Part shown: positions 1 to 11,899 of the stretch, piece after piece
Position numbering within the stretch: the first letter of the stretch is position 1
Layout: every line of letters starts with the position of its first letter
Assembly (NCBI RefSeq): GCF_000150275.1
Contig: NW_002060948.1
Location: 1,784,772-1,848,771 of the forward strand
Length of the DNA: 64,000 nucleotides
Direction of reading: 5' to 3'
Origin: Trichoplax adhaerens
Taxonomy: Eukaryota; Animalia; Placozoa
Notes under the pieces: generated by a model
What the model was told of the DNA's origin: nothing
The model's database searches: none
The model's input: only the letters and a program-made list of their open reading frames with translations
Made by a program: the position numbers and the translations under genes

Positions 1-48
1 GACGCTTGTAAGGGTGGCGTATACGCGTCTATGTCGCATCTCTGTCAT
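1..48 (-). CDS. Possible first coding exon of an unidentified gene running off the left edge (MTEMRHRRVYATLTSV...)
   Basis: On the minus strand a strong acceptor (tcctccttttttactcag) opens an exon at 69. An upstream donor (CATG|gtaggt) lies at 415/414, and the ATG at 48 is open to the window edge. It diverges from AVEN across the GTAC cluster. Too short to assign a product. Confidence 0.3.
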   Translation of the reverse strand, partial: MTEMRHRRVYATLTSV

Positions 49-789
49 TCCTTGTCGATGGTAGGACTACTGAGTAAAAAAGGAGGATAAAAAGTCTGTC
101 CTAAGGGAAGATAGGCTAGCAAGGATAGATGCAAATAGTAATCATCGACGAGGTTAGCGGCTACTTTACAGCATCGTTTATCGTTTATCTACATAACGGT
201 AGCAAGAGCCCATTCAAGCGGGTAGAATCGAGTACCCACTACACCGTAGACTGAGGGTAGCATTGGGGTGGGTGAGATGGTTAAATTGTCCCCCTGGGCT
301 AGGTCTACGCCAGTACTGTAGTCTATAAAGTACCGACCAGGGTGGCAATGTGGGTTGGTCATGGCAGATCGTGATTTGCTTTCCATCCAATCTATTTTAG
401 CTTTAGTTACCTACCATGTCTTGTATCCATTGCAGACTAGAAGTGATTGAACTTGATGATGATTTGCAGGGCGGATAGACGAGGAGATTTCAAAACTTTT
501 GCAATTGCTTGGGCTCACTCTTCTGACTGGAGGCGTACTGTCCTTGCTGTAGGGTGTATACTGAATAATTATTGTCCGACGCTGATCCCTTTTGGGAGCA
601 TATACACATACACAGACTGCGACTTGCAGCCCTGTACGAGTGGGTCAAGTAGGTAGCATGAAAATGGCGAAAGGTGTTTTACCCCTACCTCATGCCTGAG
701 GTACCCCCCCCCCCCCGGTACACAGCCACCCCGGGCGCAAAGGTTGCTTCTGAATGTCATTTTTCAAAAGTGACAATATCACTGTCATT

Positions 790-1230
790 CATGTATACGG
801 CCAGTACTGTTCTCGACCCAAGCCAGTCATTGTAACCGCTAGCTGGTGACCAGTACCATACAGCAATCTCCCCTCTTTCGGTTGTCCTTGCATACAGTAC
901 AGTACCGCACACCCTACAGTGTATCTCCATGCTAAGAATTTTGAATACTGTACAGTACTGTACAGTACAGTATTCAAAACTGTACAGTACTGTACACTGT
1001 AAAGTAGACTTTAGTCCTGTGCTGTACTGTACTGTACAGTACAGTACGCCAACTACAAATTTCAGGCTCTCGATTGTGTACTGTACAGTACAGTACAATA
1101 CTGTAGCCTATTGTACTGTACACTGTGCAGCAGACAGACAGCAGACAGACCCATCGATTCTGTACAGTGTACAGTACAATACTGTAGCATATTATACTGT
1201 ACACTGTGCAGCAGACAGACAACAGACTCA
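790..1230. promoter_or_regulatory. GTAC-motif cluster (CTGTACAGTAC-like units) directly upstream of AVEN; probable bidirectional promoter; includes an ~84-bp tandem duplication (1070-1230)
   Basis: Dense overlapping TGTACA/CAGTACTG/ACAGTAC words end ~30-50 nt before the AVEN ATG at 1261. A YY1-like AAAATGGCG is at 661-669 and a C13 tract at 704-716. The promoter role is inferred from position. Confidence 0.6.
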
Positions 1231-1260
1231 TAGTGGAACCTCTTCAAAACGGTCGTCAAC

Positions 1261-3875
1261 ATGTCCTTCAATAAAAGCAGTAAAAGCAAAGTCAAGAATA
1301 AACGTAACACTTCTGCAATAAAAAGTGAAAAAAATCGAAATAATCAGGTTATGTTTATTCAAGTACTATGTACGTCTTTCTGCATATTTTTAATTTGAAC
1401 ACTGTAGATTGATTATTCGCTTGCATCGACCGCTGATTCTGAAAGTAGTTTATCAATTTGCATAAGGATGGAGATATGAGCTCTGTGACAATAACAATAC
1501 TGAAGCCCAAAGTATACTGACAATCTACCAATGCCATTGAAATCACTGATCGACTTATGGATAACAAATAAATTTCAAGGCACTTTGCTGTATAAAGTTG
1601 AAATAAGTATGATCTTAATTGTGTCGTAGGCAGGAAATTTTCCACCGAGAAGCAACGATAAATATAAAAGAGCAATTACCGATAATCACCATCGATATAG
1701 TGAACCATCAGGTATTGTACAACGTCCTACCTTGCAAACATCTCAATTGCTCCATGCTAGTGCTATATCCTGCTGATGTATTGATTTAGACTAATAATTT
1801 AACTGACTATCCAGCATTTTACAAATTCCTCTACCAATAGACTGTACTTGTTATCATATGGATCGATACGATTCGTATATTAATCACCTACTCGTATTCA
1901 TTTTAGAGGAATTTTATCAAGACGAGGATGATGGTACTATCATAACGCATGAGAATATCCGGTCATCTTTAACATTGGGTAAGAATAGGTGTAGAGCTGC
2001 CAATGATGACATACAATTCCATTGTTAAAAATACCTACACTTATTACTGTTAGCTGTGCTAAGGTAGTTCTGCGATCGACGGGTAAATAAGATACTACAT
2101 TTCTTAATCTTCTTTCTGTAACTTTAAAATAATACGGATGACATATTGGGAATAAAGAATACCAAGGTTATACTAGCGGTACTTGGATGCAAATTCTTCT
2201 TTAAGTTAGCAGTATAATATTGATCGTAGCTGAGTAAAGTTAATTATCCATATTGTAATGGAGAATTCCTAGTTCAGTACACGCCTGTTCATCTACTAAA
2301 GCACTTTGAAACGAATGGTATTATTCTACAGTACTGTATAGCACCTGGGAGTATTATTTGTACAGTATAATTTTATAGTAGGGATTGCACCTGTAAAAAA
2401 TTTTGACTTAACCTTAATAATCATACTTGAATGCATAACAGCAGTATTTACCGGTAAAAAAATTTTAAAATTACTTTAACATGGTACTGTTCATAGAATA
2501 TATACTGTAGTCTATGATACATAATCGTTATTGAATTGATAATATATTCACATTGTTCTATATACAAACAGCTAATTTAGTCACTCTCGATGTTATATTC
2601 AGCTAATAGCAGTTCTTACCTTCGATTTGATGAATGTGAAAAGGAATGGGATAAGATTAAAGATAATCAGGTATTTGCAATACTGGAAATCTAATTGCAA
2701 GGATATCTTTGGCAAAGTATACAATTTAAGAAAGTAACTTTTAAAAAGCGATGATGTTAAATTTGTCTAATTAATTATTTTTACCAACGCATGAATTGAA
2801 AGGGTACAAAATTTTACGCTATTTATTCGTTAGTAACTACACCTTAAACGTTGATATAAAAGCTGATTATTATTCTGTATAGTCATGATATTTTTCTACG
2901 CCTTGTTTGATTAATAGTTTTCATCAGTGATGAAAATCAATTTATCGGGGTTAGCAAAGTCTTTAGAAACTATTCCTTTGCACACCTTACTCAAAATAGA
3001 TGATGCAGATTTCATGGTTAGTAGCTTTAACATAATATTTGTTCTTTTATTAATTTGCTAGAGTTAATATTTTTTATAATACTGTTATACTGTATTATGC
3101 TGTTTTAACCCTTAAAAGTATACAACTCTTAATGTACCCTATAATAGAATCAATTTTTCGTGTAAATAAATAAAAATAGTGATGTTGTTGCATCTGCACT
3201 CTTTTTCTCTCTAATAGCCATATATTACATTAGAGACGCATCAATCGACAACTACTTCACAATCAAATATAGTGCCCGTCGAAAATGTTGAATCTGAAGA
3301 ATTGAAAAAAGAAAATGAGAATAGCTCTTTAGGCAGCAAAAAGCGCCGTGAAAAGATAAAAGAATCAAGTTTGCATATTAAGCTATCTAATATAGACAGC
3401 CGCAGTTATGCAATAGAGGATAATCAGAAGGAAAATGAAGAATTAGATCAATTATTAGCATTGGATGAACTCGATTTGCAAGAGCCAGCCGTGAATGAAA
3501 ATGGTTGTTGCAACAGTCATAAATTCATAGTTTAACAATTGCATAGACTGTTTTCGTAGATAGATTAGCATCTAAAAATATGTTACAAGCATAAGAATGT
3601 GATTGAATCTTGTATAATTTCTTGATTAATACTTAGTAATATCCGATGACGTGCCTACTAATCCTGTAGCTGTTGAACAAATCCCAAACGTATCTGCAAA
3701 TTCGGAGCCTGAGGAAATTACGACCGTAGCTTCTAGCGATAATGTGAGTGAATAAACGAATAGGAATTATATTTCCAGTGTAATCACTTACATTGGCTAT
3801 TTTAAACAGGATCAGGTCTCGAAAAAAGAAAGCGTGGACGATCTAGAGTCCTGGCTAGACAGCATCATTGATTAG
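1261..3875 (+). CDS. AVEN: Cell death regulator Aven homolog, ~9 exons
   Basis: Manual GT-AG splicing: 1261-1347, 1630-1711, 1907-1978, (2068-2082), 2603-2670, 2918-3016, 3218-3503, 3637-3743, 3810-3875. Blocks KYKRAITDNHHRY, SYLRFDECEKEWD, LAKSLETIPLHTLLKI, EELDQLL and C-terminal DDLESWLDSIID* match the Aven family blocks (SNWDRY, FRFAEEKEWD, LPL.LRL, LEDWLDSMI) in order. Confidence 0.85.
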
Positions 3876-5350
3876 ACTATACGTGAAGATTGGTAAAAGA
3901 AGAATTATATCTTCTGTAGAACCTTTGACTCTTGTAATGCTGATTTATAGTTTTATTGGAGAATAATGAAGACGCATGAATAATGTATAATATTGTATAA
4001 ATCATTGAGAGATTCTTTACATTAGCAACTATCAATGTAAATTTTTATTATTGATATATATATAATCTTAGCCTAAGTACTATATTGGCAAGGACTTCTA
4101 GGTTGCATAATGAAATCTTTGTGCTAAATTTTATGTCAACTTGAATTATCTGGTACCCACCTTAATATTTGTCGACCAATTAGTTACAATTGAGATATTT
4201 ATATTGTATTCAGCGATGATGTTAAGATAAAAAAATTTTCCATTTCAATGACGAAGCGAAAATAAAAATATAAACAATATTTTTATTGATAATAGATCAA
4301 AAATATTTGACTCCTTAATGGTGCAAGTACATGCATAAGCGGCTTACAAGGATTTAACATGACAATACTACCTTTAATTAAAACAATAATGCTTATTCTT
4401 ACTTTACTAGTATGTGGAAAAGGTAACAGTCTTAGAAATATAGTAAAGCAACTAGCACAGTCTAGTCAGATATCAAGAGGATAACTGTAATAGAACAATA
4501 TTGATCAAATTTGCGTAGCACTTAAACGTATCGAATACTACCATTACTTACGTTACTACAAGATAACTACAAGTACGCCATTTTTGCACGATTGAATTAT
4601 CATTATGGTTGATAAGTTGAATCTTATGCTACCTTGTTCATTAGTACTATTTAATGCAAGATTAATAACGTATACGTACTTTAATTTGATAATTATGTTC
4701 ATTACACATATGTTAGCTATCAATTTATCATCATACTTTTTAAGTACTTGGATAGTGATGGCTACATCTTTGGTTAAATTAAAGTTGATTAACGCTAAGA
4801 ATAATTTTCCTTGTAGACAACGACGACGTACTGTTTGATAGAATTGTCTACGCATTCACTTAATATCATGTAGGTTGCGACATAACTCACAAGGTTATAT
4901 ACTGCAATAATATTTGAAAGTTTCTCAAAGAAAGGACCAGCTCTTCTCTTTCTAGGAGCAGTCTTGGCTACTAAGTCAATAATTACAATGGAGGAATGAT
5001 GCCCATCAGTCTCGTCAAATTTCTCCACTTAGAGTAACTACTGGAAGAAGTAATAACGTCGCGTAGGCTCAATATAACCATTCTGCTTATACTATAACAT
5101 AATGTATAAGACTTTTGAAAGATTACTCGCAAGGTTATTACTATCAAGACATGAATATCTGAATCGGGGTTGTCTTGCGCATAATGGGCTTCATAAATTT
5201 CTGTTACAGCAACTTTGTATACGCGAATGGAGTATTTCATGAGGTAAAAAAAAAGTTATTGATGTAGAATCGACTTTCATCCATCTTTTCATCACAGAAA
5301 TTGACAACTACACATCTATATATATTTAAATTATTGTTTTTCGGTGTAAG

Positions 5351-5866
5351 TTACAGTAGCTCAAATAATATTTTCAGTAACGTTACAAAAATACGATGAA
5401 AGGTATCTGAAGCAGAGCCATGTTTATTCGAGTTATACTTTTCAGCTGCGGCATTAATGGCGTCATCTTTTTCTCCCATTACTACTGTTAATTGGTAAAC
5501 TGATTGTTCATATGACACATGACCATAAATTGCAACGCCAATAGGTCGCTTGGCACTTGAAGAGATGGTGATTATATCTCGTCCGCACGTATTGGAAACA
5601 TGAGAGTAGTGATCGAAGTCAGGCTTTTCGTTCCCTTCATCAGCGTATATATCAGCATCTCCGGATATGGAATCTAAGATTAGTGTATATGTTCCACCTT
5701 TTGTGATAGTATAGTAAGTATAATTACCTCGTCCTATAGCCCCGTCAAATACCTTGACATTGCCATTTGCGTCGACCGTCCTAACAATGGCCATAGAAAG
5801 GAAGAACATGGTCATAAAAGCCATTGCTAAGTTTGAACGGCAATTTTGACGAAAAGACCATGTCAT
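5351..5866 (-). CDS. C6orf120: UPF0669 / C6orf120-family protein, single coding exon
   Basis: Signal-peptide-like N-terminus, motifs GNYTYY, L.S..GDADIY, TCGRD and RPIGVAIYGH, and C-terminal IFVTLLKILFELL typical of UPF0669. The first in-frame ATG is at 5866; the ORF track starts at a TTG at 5887. Confidence 0.88.
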   Translation of the reverse strand: MTWSFRQNCRSNLAMAFMTMFFLSMAIVRTVDANGNVKVFDGAIGRGNYTYYTITKGGTYTLILDSISGDADIYADEGNEKPDFDHYSHVSNTCGRDIITISSSAKRPIGVAIYGHVSYEQSVYQLTVVMGEKDDAINAAAEKYNSNKHGSASDTFHRIFVTLLKILFELL

Positions 5867-6480
5867 GATGAATGATGTTATGCTCAATTTGACTTGTGTT
5901 TCAATATAAGAATTCTATTCGAATACAATCACTTTCGGCCAAGATCAAGTCTTTAATTGCATACACGATGTCAATAAGTCTATTGTTGTACTTGTCTTGG
6001 CACTAAGAAAAAATCTCTTCCATTCCAAGTTGATTGTATTTCCTGACTAAAAAAATGGAGGCCAATGTCCAGTTCTTAATAAATCACTCTTATTCTAACA
6101 TACATCTACGCATCTAGAATAAGCAAGAATTGCAATTCTATTGACCTTGATACTATATGATATCAATTATCTTTCTTTCCTTGATAACTGACGACACCAA
6201 TTTTAATCATCAAAATCCAGTGCACTACTTGCATGCATGTAGGAGAAAATGGCCACCTTTACGCGTCTCTTTCAAAATGGATGCTGATCATCGATGCGTA
6301 TAGTATGTATTGGATAACTGATCACCAAATCCACAATATCCTAATTGATTGTCTGATGTACTCGATCCGATTGCTTAAATAGTAAACTAAAACCTTCAAT
6401 ATAAATCTAGTCAACAAATGGATTGCTCGAAGTTAACGAGAATTTTGAAGGGCCGAATTTGAGGAAGGCGCAGCTTTGAG

Positions 6481-6640
6481 AGTACGGTACAATACTATAC
6501 ACTACATTACGGTAATGTACGGTGAGTACACGGTACAGTACCCTTATCGTTAACCTGATACGGTACAGCGCAGTACGCATGTCCAATATTGCACAAAGTT
6601 ACACTGGTACAGTAGCTTTTAGGTCCGTACGGACTGGACT
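6481..6640. promoter_or_regulatory. GTAC-motif cluster upstream of C6orf120
   Basis: Repeated GTACGGTAC/GGTACAGTAC/CAGTAC words ~600 nt 5' of the minus-strand ATG. The promoter role is inferred from position. Confidence 0.5.
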
Positions 6641-7499
6641 GTCTGTATGTAGTCTGTGCAAAAATAATATCATTGGTAGCAATTCATTTCCTACTAGTTT
6701 GATGTCGGTGAATCTTGAACGAACCTTAAAAACCTCACGTTCAATTTAATTTTTAATTTTTATACGAAGTTGCGACTGTCTAAGCATTGGTGTACTTTAC
6801 CAGTATATCCAGCATAATGCTATTCAATAATATCGAATAATACAGATTTATTACAGATCAAAAAGAATATTTATTTTACTTATATCCGATAGCATGATTG
6901 AATGGTGAGCAAAACATGATATCACCGTACCTCAATGGAAGGTACACCGTGCCAGTCTCTATTAATATGGACTACTAGTACAAATAGTTGATCTCCTCAC
7001 TTGTTCTGCTTTGCCTGTCATACTGTACCAACTATAGTTATACATCTGTTTACGGTTAATATGCGTAGTAGTGTACTGTAATTAATTAATTTTATTAAAT
7101 GGAAATTCGACCGGTGATTCCACCTTTCCTAGGATTTCATTTCGATCCCCTTATTTAGTTGTCTTTGGCAATGATGGCGTAGTATCAAACAGGCCCCTCC
7201 GAATATGGTATTGGTAATAATGCTAATAACTACAGTATTTCATGTTCACAACATTTAGTAATTCATGATCCAGGCTGTAGTACAATATCATTGATCTTGA
7301 ACGCACCAATATCTACTATAGTGACTAGTGCTAAACGTTCATCTACCCTAGGCCTGAAGTCGCAGTTGGAATTCCAAACATTGTAGGCTATTAAAAATAA
7401 ACACTATCATATAAATTCGACATTTAGTCACAGCTTAGTTTTATTGAGCTATCTACAATAGAAATAACTACAATATATATTAACTTCCTCTTTGTAATT

Positions 7500-7718
7500 G
7501 ACATGATTGGGTTTATAAAATTTTTAAAACTTCTCGATGATATAATAATAAAGGAAAATGTAATATTGGAAACTTGATGAGTCACTAACGGTCATAGTCG
7601 TAACGTAGACATTATTGGGTTTATAAAATTTTTAAAACTTCTCGATGATATAATAATAACGGAAAATGTAATATTGGAAACTTGACGAATCACTAACAGA
7701 CATAGTTGCAACGTAGAT
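7500..7718. repeat. Direct tandem duplication, 2 x ~108 bp
   Basis: The unit gacat(g/t)attgggtttataaaatttttaaaacttctcgatgatataataataa...aacgtaga begins at 7500 and again at 7608 with few mismatches. Confidence 0.9.
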
Positions 7719-8198
7719 ATTTCTAATAATTGTCTATACAATAACTTATCATTTTTCTTGGCTCCTTAATAAGGTACCGTTCATTTTTACAGTCATTAAA
7801 TATTAAAATTGATGTTACGGAAGCGTGTAAAAGGCAAAATTCAAGTATTGAATCTCATCTATTTCACGTCGCCTCCGCAATAACTCGATTGTGAAATCAT
7901 AGTATTACTCCAATATATAAACAGTAATACAATTTGTACCAAATAGGTAGACACGTATTATCAAATAACAGATATACACATGCTGTACACTATATGCAAA
8001 ATTTTCACTTTGTTTTACAACTGACGGGTTGAAAACAATATAACATGCATAGCTTAACAGATTGATAAACTAAAAATTACAATTTCTGAGCACGTCCTAC
8101 AAACATCTCATCGTAAATAGATATAAGCAATATCATAAAAAGCAGTCTCTACTTGTAGATCAGAATGGATATAAGAGTATCAGAGTGGTGTTAGGGAA

Positions 8199-9275
8199 TT
8201 AGCTATCTGTATGCTTTTGTTGATGCTTACTTAAGTTTCTCTTAACGCGAAAAGATAAATCACAGTCACTGCATTTATACGGTTTTTCATTTGTATGCAA
8301 ACGAATATGCTGTCTTAAATTAGAGAGTACAGAAAATGCTTTAGCACAATATTCACAAATGTACGGCTTTTCTCCCGTATGAGTTCTAGTGTGTACTTTC
8401 AAGCTTTGCCTTGTTGTAAACGCCTTGGTACAATCGTGGCATTCAAACAGATTCTTCTTTTTGTGTATATCTTTAGCGTGTAATAAAAGTTGAGGTTTAG
8501 CATCGAAGGTTTTTTTACAAATTGTGCATTCGAAAACGTTCAGATTATGAGTTTTAGCGTGCATAGTTAGATTGCGGCTTGCATCATATTTCGTTTTGTA
8601 AATGGTAAATTTTTGGACTCCACCGGTTTTTAGAACGTTCGATGCTGACTCATCACCAGCTATTTCGCCATTTAATGCAGCTGTCTCCTCTCTTTGCTCT
8701 GTTCCCTCTGTGGTACGATTGGGTATTTCCTCAGCGTTATCTGAATCTATATCCATTTCTTTCGCCAAAGATTGCGGAGCAACTTCGCCATCGTTTGTAC
8801 ACGATATTTCATCTTCATTCTCTTCCTCCTGGTAATTTGCAGTTGCAAACGCAGTAACGTGGGAAATAATAGTAGTGAGCAGCGTTGCTAATGCAATACA
8901 GGTTTGGCCATAATCGATTTCTTCGCTGTCTCCTAGTTCGCTGCCAATGCATTTCAACAACATCGTTGACCAATAGGTTAACTGTGATAAAACGATATGT
9001 CTGAAGGTAGGCATTTGACGATTAATCACAAACAGTTGTGCAGTAAGTTGTTCCGCAATATCATGTAAGACCTGTTGTAAATGCTGAACATTTTGTAAGG
9101 TCTCCTTTCTAGATTGGCTATGTATTGAATCAGTATTAGATCGTGAAGCTACTGCCACTTTTTCCGTCACTTTTTCCAAAGTTTCTACCAACTTGTAACA
9201 AGATAGACCTAAAACTTCTGCTGTGGTATCATCTCTTGTTAGAGTCGATTTTAGATCGCATAGTTTGGTCGATAG
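8199..9275 (-). CDS. C2H2 zinc-finger protein, terminal exon (4 intact fingers plus 1 degenerate; upstream exons unresolved)
   Basis: Fingers CTIC..HAKDIH, CHDC..HTRTH, TGEKP-YICEYC..HIRLH and TNEKP-YKCSDC..HQQKH. The acceptor tttttatacag at 9276 extends the ORF in frame (LSTKLCDLK...). Confidence 0.88.
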   Translation of the reverse strand, partial: LSTKLCDLKSTLTRDDTTAEVLGLSCYKLVETLEKVTEKVAVASRSNTDSIHSQSRKETLQNVQHLQQVLHDIAEQLTAQLFVINRQMPTFRHIVLSQLTYWSTMLLKCIGSELGDSEEIDYGQTCIALATLLTTIISHVTAFATANYQEEENEDEISCTNDGEVAPQSLAKEMDIDSDNAEEIPNRTTEGTEQREETAALNGEIAGDESASNVLKTGGVQKFTIYKTKYDASRNLTMHAKTHNLNVFECTICKKTFDAKPQLLLHAKDIHKKKNLFECHDCTKAFTTRQSLKVHTRTHTGEKPYICEYCAKAFSVLSNLRQHIRLHTNEKPYKCSDCDLSFRVKRNLSKHQQKHTDS

Positions 9276-11899
9276 CTGTATAAAAATAATATTATATCAT
9301 TAACATTGCAATAGTACTATTAGTAGATTAGACTGTCTTACTATTCTTTCTTTGCTAAAAGTATGTATTTCGCAATGGTTTTACAATAGACTTTAGAACT
9401 TCTACCGGTTTCTGTAGAATAGATGTATGCGTAGGTATAATAGTCAGTAAAATAAATTGTCTTTATGATTGCGAATTCGTAGCTAATTATAGTCAGAATG
9501 CTTTTTTTAATGTTGGTGTCGTTTATGGTAGTATAGAATAGGTACTACGGGAAATGAGATATTGTTGGTAGGATAAATTTACAAGCTATACAATATAGTT
9601 ACTACAGTAGATTGTATTGGAAATAAAGGAATCAAGTTCTTGCACTATTTTGATAAATCACTCGGTAGAATTGCAATATTGCGGCGTTCGCTGTTGGCAT
9701 TGGAGGAATAACGAGGAAAATTTGTCTCAATAATGGAGTTACAGTACCGTAGAAGAAGTAGGATCCAAACAGTAATCTTTATTTTCTGTGAAGAATAACG
9801 CAACAGCGTACGTCATCAATTCTGAATTGCAGTGATTCTGCATGTCGACGGCAAATTACTCATACTATTTTAAAACCAGTACATAATCTAATTGAAGCAA
9901 ATGTCGATTTAGGGTGATAACTAGCGGGTAAAGACGGTCAATATGATTGTATAAGCTACAAGCTGGATGAGGAATGGATACTAGAATGGAGTAAGTGCAA
10001 TCGTAATTGTGAAATCGGTTGAATAAATAAATAAAAAAGTGATTCAATTATTCAGGGCACCAAGGGTATTGAACTCTAACATTAAGAGGTCATTGGTTGC
10101 CACCACGTTGCATCTAAAGGCTTTATAAAACATCAGGATGTTGTACTAAAATTTTACAGCTAGCTTCATTTGATGAGTTACTTGACGTATCTGTAGTTCC
10201 ATTGAGTAATTTAATCCCAAAAGCAATATTTGAAGGGCTTTCTCGCGTATTAGTGCGCAGAATTTGTAAGTTTAATGAAGACTCATATCGCGAGAAAGGA
10301 ACTGGTCCCTCTCGCCTTATTATAGTTGAATCATAGACCAGTCGATTCTCCCACTATTTCGATAAAATTACGACTTTATTTAATCATCATCTAGCGAATA
10401 ATAAACTGCCAAAGTGCTCACGCTATGCTCACTCCTTGTTCTTAGTGTAGTGGTATTGTGCATGCATACCAGAATCATCCTTATTATCTCGAATTTCTCT
10501 CAGCGATCAAAGAGTAATGATGGATTGACATTATAATGAATATTCATGATCTTATACGAGAAATTAGGAAATTGCTTATTAAGTTAACCATCCTAGAGCA
10601 GATTCTCGTTTATTACTCGTTCATTACTAGGGTATTGTCATCATAACAAAAATAAATACAGTGGTGAAGTCTTCAATGAATGAAGACTGAAAAGTTGTAT
10701 TTTGGGCAGAGTCTTTCCTCTTTGAGTTGATACTAAATTCAAGAGTGCATGGCATTGATGTTTGAGTTTGCAAATTGACAATGTTGCAATATCTTGATAA
10801 GCCATAAAAATCTTTTTACTATCCTTAATGAACAGTACACACGTTCTCAATTGCAAACTCTGCTATAACACGGTAGTCTATTACGCTTTATTACGACCGC
10901 TATCTTCGTAGTCAACGCGATCAATTAGATTAGAAATAACAGATAATCAGTCAATGTTAGTCTAGTATAATCAAGTATCATCTGCCTCTTTATCTCAGCT
11001 TTGATAAAGTCTCATAGTACAGTAAGTTAGTCAACAATTTGATGGCAGGGTAGATACTACAAATATTACTGGTATAGCAATCAACGATGAGGATCCATTG
11101 AAAGAAAGTAAAATATCCTTGTAGTCAGTTATGCTTAGCCGATGTCTTACTGTACAGTGTACAGTTCGGTAGAGTACTGTATGAGGTGATCGTCTGCATT
11201 CTTCTTATTCATGGCCAATTTCATCGTTGGTCAGATAGGACTATACTCGTACCCATTATAAATTGAATCTACTGTATCAACTGTATCAATAGAGTTTCTA
11301 TTAACTTGGATATACAATGTTAAGGAATTTTGATTTCCTTCATTTTCTACCAAGTATAATTGCATCATTCAACCTATCCGAAACTTACATCCGATACACA
11401 TTCACCGGTATTTGGACTGTGTTCTTTGGTGATTTCATTCTCCATGGCAAAACTACTGCTATATCGTGTACGAACAGTACAGTTGATCGATAATGTATGT
11501 AATCAACGTAATTCTATCTGTGGCTATGAATACTGTAAAAATTTTATGACGAGATGGTAAAGGAGGAACTTCCTCCAAGGAAGACTTTGGAAAATATATT
11601 TCACCTTTCCCTTTAGGTAGAATAGTAGAATCCAGTAAGTACGAGGTTATGACGAAGACTGATATGATTTTGCGCACAGTGTCCAGTCTACTACAGTACT
11701 TACTACTGTATGAAGTCGATCGGACCCGAGTCGTAAGAAATGGAGATTTCAATCCATTTTTGATTTATTTCTCTGTTTATTTTTTATTCAATTCCATTCC
11801 TGAATTGGTCCATTCACACGACGGACTCTTTAGCACTGGCGATTTTGAAAATAAAATAAAATAAGAGAAAAGAGACCATTTCTGATAGACAAGTCTTGT

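Noticed and set aside
880-1230. Repeat cluster as a CRISPR array or MITE
   Set aside because: There is no constant repeat with unique spacers, no cas genes, and no clear terminal inverted repeats or target-site duplication; the context is eukaryotic.
757-1321. Overlapping ORFs on both strands rich in YCTVQ/YSTVL
   Set aside because: They are translations of the GTAC repeat cluster, not proteins.
4556-5240. Short ORFs between AVEN and C6orf120
   Set aside because: No recognisable motifs or splice chain; probably 3' UTR or intergenic sequence.
7100-7390. Coding-looking minus-strand fragments interrupted by stops (possible pseudogene)
   Set aside because: I cannot assign any family; BLASTX would be needed.
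9690-10860. Several candidate upstream exons for the zinc-finger gene
   Set aside because: Multiple open stretches exist, but no unique phase-consistent chain could be chosen without transcripts.
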